DNA of 35,039 nucleotides, from assembly GCA_002104945.1 (NCBI GenBank), contig MCFH01000125.1, forward strand, positions 1 to 35,039, in the 5' to 3' direction. Positions 10,725 to 21,600 of this stretch are shown in pieces. The DNA is from Piromyces finnis finn. Taxonomy: Eukaryota; Fungi; Neocallimastigomycota. Numbering within the stretch: the first letter of the stretch is position 1; each line of letters opens with the position of its first letter. The notes below the pieces were generated by a model that had not been told where the DNA came from, ran no database searches, and saw nothing but the letters and a program-made list of their open reading frames with translations. Both the position numbers and the translations under genes were made by a program.

Positions 10725-11322
10725 CGTCCAAATCAAAATCTAAATACAATAAATGTGCTTCACAAAAATAAAAAAACACATCTATTAAACTATTAGATAA
10801 AATAAAATAAATAATACTAATAAATCAATAATAAAACCTTCCATTTTGAACCAACCAAAAATTAATATATTAAAGCAAAAGAAGAAAGAAATCAGAGATA
10901 GAAGAAGAAGAATAATGGATATCGACTCAGAAGAAGAAAGTGAATATAATTGTAACGAAATATTATACAATAATGATAACCAAAATGAAATAAGCTATGT
11001 TGAAGAAAGCAGAGAAGAAAATGACAACAAAAATAATAAAAGTAACACAACTAATGAAAATAAATAAATGAGGAAAACAATAAAAATAATGGAGGCAATA
11101 AAGGAAACATTAATAGAAAGGAGGAAAATAATGAAGATGATGGAAATACAAAGATTAATAAAATAGAAGAAACTTCAAAAACTCTTAAGCAAAAAGAAAT
11201 ATTATGGAAACACCAAATAATATAGAAAATAATAGTAAAAAAATGATAACTAAGAGGAATATGACAGAAATCCAAATGCTTAATAAAAATCAAAAGTTCA
11301 ATATATTAAAGGAAGCTGATAA
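10684..11322 (+). pseudogene. Degenerate 5' portion of F pol, cut off by element B
   Basis: The -1 frame is open 10674-10793, followed by Asn/Glu/Lys-rich fragments in shifting frames. It ends at the B LTR before any protease motif. Confidence 0.45.
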
Positions 11323-11692
11323 TGTAAAGATATCAAACGCCTCTGTTTGATATCTTTAATGTAACTTAAGCCACAAGTATTATTGTTTAAGTTACACAAA
11401 TTATATTCAGAAAAAGAAAATGAGACATAATTTATTTATTAATAATTAAGATTTTAGTGTAGATTTTAAATAATAATATATAAGAAATAAATAGTTATAA
11501 TATAATATAATGTATTTAGGAAAATATAAATAGAAGATATTTTTCATCATTTTATCGATGTAATTGTTATTATTAAAATTCTATTATAATAAAAGATATT
11601 TTTAATAAAACAATTTTTTATTTTTATTTTAAATTTAGTGTTATTGTAATAGAATAGATATCCTAATCTATTCTTTCTGTGTCGCCATTACA
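11323..11692 (+). repeat. Element B 5' LTR (370 bp)
   Basis: TGTAAAG...CATTACA; repeated at 16714. Confidence 0.93.
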
Positions 11693-11703
11693 ATAACAAT
11701 TAC
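11693..11703 (+). promoter_or_regulatory. Self-priming-type PBS of B (ATAACAATTAC)
   Basis: Perfect complement GTAATTGTTAT at 11560-11570, 30-35 nt after TATAAA (11525-11530). Confidence 0.85.
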
Positions 11704-11742
11704 CTAACTACTTCAAGAGTACGTTAGGATATCTACTACTGT

Positions 11743-11852
11743 CAGAAGAAGAATTTATAGAAGAACTTGGTTGCTACCATAGAAGAAGAATCTACCGAAG
11801 TACTTGGTTGCTACCACAGAAGAAGAATTTATAGAAGAACTTGGTTCTACCG
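11743..11852 (+). repeat. 3 x 37-bp tandem repeat in the B 5' UTR
   Basis: CAGAAGAAGAATTTATAGAAGAACTTGGTTGCTACCA-like units. TACCGCCGAAGGACA also occurs twice (near 11848 and 11898). Confidence 0.85.
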
Positions 11853-12162
11853 CCGAAGGACAAGAAATATGAAGAAAGAAAAGCTACTTGTTAGATTTAC
11901 CGCCGAAGGACAGAAATTAAGAGAATGAAAACTATAAATCTTAAGGATTAGTAATACAAAACTTGTTCGACACTGCTTTGCAGAACGCGTTTGAATAACT
12001 TTTTGTATTAGATATAATTGTATATGTGTAATTAAAAAAAAAAAAAAAAAAAAAAATTTAAGATTACTTACTTAAAACAGTAGTAAGAAACCATTTTAAT
12101 TTATATTTATATTATATTTGAATTGGAGGACTTTAATTAGTGATTTAAAATTTAAATTTGAG

Positions 12163-15100
12163 ATGGGTGATAGGACTGTGGGTGTTTCTGGGAACTCGGG
12201 GAACATTATTAATGCTCCACCGATATTTTCTGGTAAACAAAGAGAATTGGATGGATTTTTAACTAGAGTTGAGTTGGTATTTCGTACTCGACCGACACTG
12301 TATAATACAGATCGAGTCAAGGTCGACTTCGTTATATCATACTTCTCTGGTAAACCTTTGGAATGGGCTTCAGTGTTGATGAAGAATAATAGTGGGGTTT
12401 TAAACCATTATGATGAATTTGTAGATAGGTTGAAGGCTAATTTTGGCAGTTATAGATACGATACCGTTGTAGCTAACGGTAAATTAGATAATCTTCGCCA
12501 AAGGAAACTTGGTCAGGTATTAGATTACATTACCGAGTTTCAACGTATTAGCCAAAATTCAAGCTTTAATGATAGCGCAAAAATCTACATGTTTCTGAAA
12601 GGTTTATTACCACCACTTAGGGAGAAGTTGGCTTTCATTGAATCAAACCCAACTTCAATTGAACAATTGATTTCTTCAACTATTTTAGTTGAAGATATGA
12701 TGAAAAGGAATTCCTTAAGTGAATTTTATTTTAATGGTAGAAGGGCTAATGATCCTATGGATGTGGATGTATTTAGAATTAGTAGAAGAATAAACGAAAA
12801 GGTATGTGAATATCCAAGGATCAAGTAAAAATTACAATGAAAACATAGACAACTTTGAAGAAGAAAAGAAAAAAGGGTTATGTTTTCTTTGTAAACAACC
12901 GGGACATTTAAAATTTAATTGTCCTAATAGAGTAAAGCCCAGAAAAGTGTTAAGAATTGTTAAAGAAAGGACTCCAAAAATTGTTAATCCAAAAATTTAC
13001 AAAGTTGGAGTCAAGGGAGTGAAAAGTGATTTAAACCTTGTGGATTTTACTTGAGTACCAATGAAGTTTCGGAAGTTAAAATTAAGGTTTTAATTGATTC
13101 CGGTTCTGAATTAAATTTCATTAATCCAAGTCTTGCTGAAGACCTTGGTATTAATTTGGAAAAAGTAGAACCATTCCGTGTATCAGGTGTTAGTGATGGA
13201 GTTGTTAGTGTTTGGGAAAGGACTGAGAAGTGCATGCTCCGTTGCAAAAATCACTTCGAAGTAATTCAACTTTATGGATTACAAGTCCCCGGTGTTGATG
13301 TTATTCTTGGTTTGCCGTGGATAAAGAAGCATAATCCAAATGCTTTCTACGACTCTAAGAAAATCGCTTTTAGTTCTGGTTATTGTGCCAGACATTGTAA
13401 AAAGGCAAAAGAAAAGAAAACCAAGAAAGAAGTCAAAGAATGATCAGTTAGATCATGATGTTCTCGACCGAAGCTTACCAAAAACCGAAAGTAGATCCCT
13501 CGTCCCAAACAATGAAGAAAAAGAATATGTTAAAGGCCGCCTTGTTAGAACCATAATGATGAAGATGAAGCGATGATGAATATATTAGTTTTAATAAAAA
13601 AGTTAAATGTATTGTAACAAAAATTAATGAAACATGTAATAATGATAATGAATCATGTAGTAATAATAATAATAAGAAAAGATATTAATAAAGATAAATT
13701 GGTCGCCGTACCAACCCAATATTTAGAATTTAGTGAAGTGTTTAATGAAAAAAATTGTGAAGTGTTACCTCCTCATAGACCTTATGATTGTGAAATCAAA
13801 CTTAAAGATGATTCGACTTTATTTTATGGACCTTGTATCCATTAACTGAAGTTGAAAGAGAGGAACTTAAAAAATATATTGATGAAATTTAAATAAAGGT
13901 TTTATTAGGAAATCATCGTCTCCTGCTGGTGCCCCAATTTTTTTGTTAAAAAGAAGGACTCCTAAGACTTTGTATCGATTATAGAAAGTTGAATGATATT
14001 ACATTCGTAATTCATATCCTTTACCTTTAATTAGTGACCTTTTGGATAGGGTGAAAAATGCTAAGATTTTTACTAAATTAGACCTTAAATCCGCTTATAA
14101 TCTTGTTCGTATTAAAGAAGGTGACGAATACAAAACGGCTTTTCGTACTAAGTATGGCATTTTGAATATCTGGTTATGCCTTTTGGATTAAAGAATGCAC
14201 CTGCAACTTTTCAACACTTCATTAACGATGTCCTTAGTGACTATTTAGACGATTTTGTTATCTCATATATTGATGATATTCTTATTTATTCTAATAATAT
14301 CGAAGAACATCATGAGCATGTTAAAAAGGTACTTAAGAAACTACTTGAAAATAATCTTTATGTTAAATTAGAAAAATGTGAGTTTGATGTTGAGAAAACC
14401 ACTTTTCTTGGTTATGTCATTTCAAAGGATGGATTGCAAATGGATGAAAATAAAGTTAAAGCAATTCTCGATTGGCCGGTTCCCAAGAATGTTAAAGAGG
14501 TTCAGTCTTTTATTGGTTATGAATATACAGAATTTTTATTAAAGACTTTGCTAAAATTGCAAACCCTCTTCACAAACTCACTAGAAAGAATGTTGCTTTT
14601 AACTGGGTGAAAGAAGATCAGGACGCTTTTATTTTATTAAAACTCTGTTCACGTCAGCTCCTATTCTGAAACATGCGGATAGTAATAAACAATTTATTGT
14701 AGAAACTGATGCTAGTAATTATGCTGTCGGTGCTATTCTCTCTCAAGAATTTGATGGCAAATTACATCCTATTGCATTTCTTTCTAAAAGTTTGACGAGT
14801 TGTCAAAGAAACTATCCTATATATGACAAGGAACTTTTAGCTATTGTAGTTGCTCTTGAAGAATGGCGTCATTATTTAGAAGGTGCACGCCATCCGTTCA
14901 TAATTTATACTGATCACAAGAATTTAACATTTCCTAGAAAACCTGAAATGTTATCTCAGAGACAAATTAGATGGAATTTGTTCTTATCCAGATTTGATTT
15001 TAAACTCATTTATAGAGCTGGAAAGAAATCCGGTAAGCCTGATATCCTGTCTCGTAGAAGTGACCATTTAAGAATAATATTAATTCTGATGTTTCTTGTC

Positions 15101-16588
15101 TTACTATTTCGTTTCATCATAGCGATAACAAACCGTTAATCGATTCTATTTTATTAGAACTTAAAAATGACGATTTGTATAATTCTATTGTCCAATTTAA
15201 AATGAATGGTTCTGCATGTAATGCACCTATTAAAAATATTGATAAAGTTATTATTGATAGTGAAGGATTTTTGTTATATAATAATCTTATTTATGTTCCT
15301 AAATCTCTTAGGACAGAGTTTTGGAACTTCATCATGATTCTGTTGCTGCTGGTCATTTCGGTATTAAGAAAACCTGAACTGATTTCCAGAAACTTTTGGT
15401 GGCCAAGGTTTCATTCAGACGTTAAATCTTTTATCAAATCTTGCGTGACTTGTTGCAAATCCAAAGTCCCCAGACATAAGCCTTATGGATTGTTATCCCC
15501 TTTGGACACTCCCAGTAGGCCCTGGTCTGATATTTCTATTGATTTTATTGTTGATCTTCCTAAGTCCAGAGATATGACAACTCTCATGGTTGTTGTCGAT
15601 AGATTTACTAAATTTGCTCACGCCATTCCTTTACGTTGTCTTCCTACTGCTTCGATTGCTGCTGATGCTTTTATTGCTAATGTCTTCCGTTTGCATGGTC
15701 TTCCTGATTCCATCATTTCTGATAGAGGCTCGCAATTTACTTCTGACTTTTGGTCAAGACTTTGTGACCTTCTTAATATCAATCATTCATTATCAACTGC
15801 CAACCATCCGCAGACAGATGGTCAAACGGAGAGGGTGAACGGCATATTAGAACAATATTTCCGTTGTTTTATAAATAAAAAGCAGAATAACTGGGTTGAT
15901 CTTATCCCATTTGCTGAATTTGCATATAATAAACTTTACAACAATCTATAAATCAATCCCATTCTTTGCTAATTATGGTTTTCATCCAAAGTTCAGCTTA
16001 GAAATTCCAGCTAATGATAGACCTAGTAGAGCTGAACAAAGAGTAATTGATATGAATGAAAACTTTAAATTATTAAAAGAAAACTTAGAAAAAGCAAAAG
16101 AAACATATAAGAAATATGCCGATATGAAAGAATGATTCCCCCGGATTGAAGTGGGAAAGAAGGTATGGTTATTGAAAGATTCTCCTGGAACTAACCTAAA
16201 GAGAAAATTAGCACCTCAAATGCTTGGCCATTTGAGATAATTGAAAAAGTTAGTTCTCTCGCTTTCAAATTGAAACTTCCAAAGACAATGAGATGTCATC
16301 CAGTCTTTCATGTTTCATTGTTAGAACCATACTTTGAAAACAAGTTTAACGACAGGTCTAATCGTAGGAAGAGGAAATATTCACCTTAACACAGATTTAA
16401 TTGAAAAAATTCCAGAGAAAATTGAAAAGATGAAATCTGTTAATGGTGAAACATTTTATAAGTTATCATGGAAAGGATTTGACAAATCCACTTGGATTTC
16501 TGAAGATCAGATTCCAGATAAACAATTAATACAAGAGTTTGAAAGAAACTCTAAAAAGTCAAAAATAAGTCGAACGACTCCTCCATGA
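12163..16588 (+). CDS. gag-pol: Element B gag-pol, multiply frameshifted, with an atypical chromodomain
   Basis: Gag [14 protein letters not shown], knuckle [14 protein letters not shown], protease LIDSGS, RT YIDD, RNase H ETDAS, integrase IDF..D..GQTE, and C-terminal [14 protein letters not shown]. Confidence 0.92.
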
Positions 16589-16713
16589 AAATTAGAAAGA
16601 ATAAAGTTGGTAATCTAATCAAGCACAGATACCAACCATTTGTAATTGAAATTCCTTCGAGAAAAGATTCCTTATAAATTAATCTCGCAGGAGCTCGACT
16701 TAGAGAGAGAGAT

Positions 16714-17308
16714 TGTAAAGATATCAAACGCCTCTGTTTGATATCTTTAATGTAACTTAAGCCACAATATTATTGTTTAAGTTACACAAATTATATTCAG
16801 AAAAAGAAAATGAGACATAATTTATTTATTAATAATTAAAGTTTAAAACAAAATAAATTATTAATTTATTTTTAATGTTTAACAAGTAAATTAATATTCT
16901 CAATTTAAATCCCTAGTTTTAGTATTGTTTTTTTATAGAAATAGATAAATAAATAAATGATTAATATATCAATAATACATGGGCACATATTCAAATTAAA
17001 GTACTTAATTTGAATTGCCAATTGTATTTTACTAAAAATAGTTATAGTTTAAATATTTATTAATAATTAAGATTTTAGTGTAGATTTTAAATAATAATAT
17101 ATAAGAAATAAATAGTTATAATATAATATAAATGTATTTAGGAAAAATATAAATAGAAGATATTTTTCATCATTTTATCGATGTAATTGTTATTAATATA
17201 ATTTCTATTATAATAAAAGATATTTTTTAACAAAACAATTTTATATAAATCTTTAGTGTATTGTAATAGAATAGATATCCTAATCTATTCTTTTGTGTCG
17301 ACTTTACA
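16714..17308 (+). repeat. Element B 3' LTR carrying an internal insertion
   Basis: Matches the 5' LTR once 16840-17070 is removed. The R-U5 half differs from the 5' LTR at several sites. Confidence 0.9.
16840..17053. other. 214-bp AT-rich insertion flanked by a 17-bp direct repeat
   Basis: TATTTATTAATAATTAA at 16823-16839 and 17054-17070. The 5' LTR has one copy and no insert. Confidence 0.85.
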
Positions 17309-18056
17309 AAAATATTATATATAAATTTTTAAATATGAAATTACATATTTTAAATAATAAAAATTATTTTAAATATGGCTGATATGTAGCTAGACATATT
17401 ATTTCATATCAGAAAATAAAATAAATAAAAAACAACTTTCTCTACAACACATTGATACAAGATACATAAAAAAATATAATATTTTAAATATTTTATGAAT
17501 AATATGTTAAGGATTTGAGATGAATTTAGGTAAGTTAGGTCAGAATGCCCTAACCCTACTTATTAAATTAATATAAATTATGTTTTATAATCAAACTTTT
17601 ATTTATTAATAAATTTATTAATACATTTTGTTAATCAAATATTTTATTAATCACTAAGTAGAGTTAAAAAACTTAATGATTTCTCGAAAAATTCAATTGT
17701 TGAATTAATTTTGAGTATTTATAATTTTTAAATCAATTAATTAATAATTATTCTATTTAATATAGTTACATTAATTATAAAATACATGATTCCAATTTTA
17801 ATATAATTAACTATTCTATAAATTAAAATATATTAAATATTTATATAATGACTTTAAGCTTATGACTTATCTTTATTACTTGCTTAAGTCATTTCAATCA
17901 TTTGAGGAGGAATGACTAATTATTTCATTTATTTAAATTTCCTTCCACATCAAATGAATAAAGAGATATTATTTAAACTTTAATAAATATAAAATCTTAA
18001 TAATTATAATTAATAAATATCTCTAAAAATATTATTAAATAATGTTTTTCTAAAAT

Positions 18057-18585
18057 TGTAATGTTTCTATAAAAATAATATATTTATATAGAAACGTTTC
18101 TGTACACAATAGGCGAGTATATCCACTTAAGTAATATGTTTTTTTAATATATTAATAAAAATATTTTATTTATTTTATTTTTTAAGTTTCTTTATTTAAT
18201 TTATAAAATAATATTTTATAATTTTGTGTAAATTACTTATTTTTTTATTATTAATTAATAAAAACACAAAAAATAATTTTTTTTGTAAATTTTCTTTCCT
18301 TTTATACTTTTCCAAAATTAATTAAAATTTAGGTTTCGGAAAGATAATAGTATTAATTAGTAATTAAATTTTAATTTCCGATATTTGATTGGTCTCGGCT
18401 AATTTCAATAAAATTTAAAATAAATTTATCGGAATATCTATTTAAAAAATTTTTAAAATCAATAAATAAAATTATTATTTTAAATTTGGTAAAGTTATGT
18501 GTCGAACCCACGACATCTATCGTGATTAATTTCGACATTTACCAATATACCAATATTACTAATTTCATTATCAATATTCGTTACA
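18057..18585 (-). repeat. Element C 3' LTR (529 bp)
   Basis: TGTAATG...CGTTACA on the + strand; repeated at 23031. Confidence 0.96.
18499..18552 (-). promoter_or_regulatory. tRNA-type A-box/B-box in U3 of the C LTR (second copy at 23472-23525)
   Basis: A-box-like TGGTATATTGG (18552-18542, 1 mismatch) and perfect GTTCRANNC match GTTCGACAC (18507-18499); spacing 45 nt. Confidence 0.6.
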
Positions 18586-18684
18586 TGGTCCTCCTCGAAT
18601 GATTCGGATACCAGACGAATCTTTAAAACTTTACAAAAAATTATAACAAGTTACATACAAAATTACAAATTACATTAAACTAGA

Positions 18685-21600
18685 CTAATAGGGTTCCAAA
18701 TCAGATACGTGAATGATTGGGTAGATTCTAAGTTCATCAGGAAGTTCAAGTTTATAGGATATCGGCGAAACTTTCTTTAAGATTTTAAAAGGTCCAAGTT
18801 TCCTTGGTTTAAGCTTCTTATTTCCATTTCTTATAATTAGATTACTATTTATCCATACTTTATCGCCTACTTTGAGCTCCGGTGGATTTTTTCTATTATT
18901 ATCATAGTATTTCTTTTGTTTGTTAATAGCTTCTTTTAAATTTTCTTTAAGTTGTTTTGTTAGTTCATCAAAGTCCTTAATGAATTCTTCAGCTCTAGGC
19001 ACATCTGAATGACTTGGGATGTGGGGAGAATGCTTAGGGTTATAGCCATAGTTGGCAAAAAATGGTGAGTATCTCAAAGATTCTTGAATTGAATTGTTAT
19101 AGCTAAATTCGGCAAGATGAAGATATTTGTACCAGTTGGATCCTTTGAGGTTGGAGTAGCACCTTAAGTATTGTTCAACAACGGAGTTCACCCTCTCCGT
19201 TAATCCATTAGTTTGATGGTGAAAAGGAGAAGAGAGTTTAAGATCAATGTTGAATGATTTACAAATTGCGTTCCAAAATTTAGAGGTGAATTGAGTCCCT
19301 CTGTCAGAAATTATTTCTTCGGGTAATCCATGGAGTCGAAAAATGTTGGACATGAAGGCAGAAGCTGTATCAAGAGCAGAGGGGACTTTAGGAAAAGGAA
19401 CAAAATGACTCATCTTAGTGAGTCTGTCAACAACAACGAAGATACAAGAAAATCCATTTGATGGAGGAAGATCGGTGACAAAATCCATCGAGATAGAGGA
19501 CCATAGTTTATTTGCTATCTCTAATGGTTGAAGAAACCCATAAGGTTTATAAGGTTTATGTCTTGAATCCTTTGAGCGGCAACAAATTTCGCAAGAGCGA
19601 ACGTATTCTTTAACGTCCGGGATTAAAGAAGACCACCAGAAATCACGATTTACGAGGGCGATTGTTTTTTTAATACCAAAATGTCCGGCAGAAGGCGAAT
19701 CATGGCAAATATTTAAGATAGTAGGACGGCAATTCTTTGGGACATAAACTTTATTGTTGAATAATAAAAAACTGTTACTTAGGGAGAACTTATCAATACT
19801 TGGGTGTGGGACCGGAGGATTCTTCGATTCGAGGTAATAGCAAATATTTTGATAAAATTTGTCATTTTTTAATTCGGATAAGATGTTTTCGTAAAGAGAA
19901 TAAATAACTGAAGCGGGAGCACAAAAGTTTTCAGGGCGAAGAACAGAAAGAGGGATTGAATTAGGTTCCATATTATCAGGAGCAGAAGCATAATCAGGTC
20001 TGCGAGATAATGCATCAGGTTTTCCATTATTGGAGCCGGAGCGATACCTGATGTTGAAATTAAACTCGGCTAGAAAAAGGGACCAACGAACATGCCTTTG
20101 GGTCATCTTCTCGGGCTTCTTTTGATATAATAGGTTTCTGTGATCAGAGAAGATTGTGAATGAAATGGAGGTTCCTTTTAGGAGATGACGCCAGTGTTCT
20201 AACGAGTCAACGATTGCTAGTAACTCTTTATCGTAAATTGGATAATTTTTTTCCGCAGCAGTGAGTGACCTAGAAAAGAAAGCTATAGGATGAACCTTGT
20301 TGTCTGAAAGGGAATTTTGCGAGAGAATGGCTCCAATGGCGAAGTTACTGCTATCAGTTTCTACCAAGAATGGAAGTTTCCTGTTAGGATAAGCTAAAAT
20401 GGGGGCAGAAGAGAACGTTTTCTTAATGTCTTCAAAGGCTTCTTGCGATTCTTTAGTCCATTCAAACTTAATACCCTTCTTGAGGAAAAGGGTTAATGGC
20501 TGAGAACGCTTTGCGAAGTTGGGAATAAAGCGTCGATAATAGTTAACTAAGCCTAAAAATGATTGAAGTTCTTTAGTATTGGAAGGAACGGGCCATTCAA
20601 GAATTGAGGATACTTTGGAAGGATCCATATATATCCCATTGTGAGCAATTCGATGTCCAAGGAAGTCGAGAAATGGGACAAAAAATTGGCACTTTTCAAT
20701 TTTTGCATATAGGCCAGCTTTCCTTAGCCTAGTAAGAACTTCATCAACGTGTTTGAGATGCATAATCTCATTTTCTGAGAAGATTAAAATGTCGTAGATA
20801 TAACTAAAGGCAAATTCACCGAGTATACCATCCAAAACGTCATTAATGAAGTGCTGAAAAACCGCGGGTGCGTTTTTCAGACCAAAGGGCATTACCAAGT
20901 ATTCGAAATGACCAAACTTACAGTTGAAAGCGGTTTTATATTCATCACCGCTCTTGATCCTAACCAAATTATATGCTGAACGTAAATCCAATTTTGAGAA
21001 TATATTTCCTTTTCCTAGCTGTTCTAGCATTTCATTAATAAGTGGTAGCGGATACGAATCACGGATTGTGATCTCATTTAGGCGTCTATAATCGACACAC
21101 ATACGTAGGTCGCCATTCTTCTTAGGCACAAATAGTACTGGAGCCCCAGCTGGTGACTTCGACTTTCTAATAAATCCCTTTGATAAATTATCATCAATAT
21201 ATTCTTTAAGTGCGGTCGATTCCTTTTCTGTTAATGGATAAATTGGTCCATAAAATAATTGAGATCCTGGTTTGAGATTGATCTCACAGTCATATTGACG
21301 GTGTGGAGGAAGGGTATTTGCTGATTTTTCGTCGAATACATCCTTAAAAGATCTAAGCTTAGAGGGTAACATTTCCATTATTTTCTCTTCTGAATTTAAT
21401 TCATTAGGAGATTCGGATTCAATGATATGAGTTGTGAAAGAGCTAGGTATAACTATACAATGTGAAAGGCAATAGTTAGATTTGAATGATATTTCTTTAT
21501 TGGCGAAGTCAATTGTCGGGTTGTGGGTACTAAGCCAATTTATTCCAAGGATTCCACAGTAAGAAGGTAGATCCAAAACATAAAATTCAGTTTGACATTG

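Larger units (their letters stand above)
11323..17308 (+). mobile_element. Element B: Ty3/Gypsy chromovirus with two LTRs but no matching TSD
   Basis: LTRs at 11323-11692 and 16714-17308, PPT AGAGAGAGAGA at 16702-16712, gag-pol between them. Flanks are GATAA and AAAAT. Confidence 0.93.

Noticed and set aside
17548-17560. CCCTAACCC telomere-like motif (similar motifs at 2641 and in the A LTR)
   Set aside because: Single units only, not arrays.
17309-18056. AAAAT flanking B's right end, C's left end and the D solo LTR, as a shared TSD or target motif
   Set aside because: AAAAT is very common at this base composition, and B and C are different families, so these cannot be one TSD.
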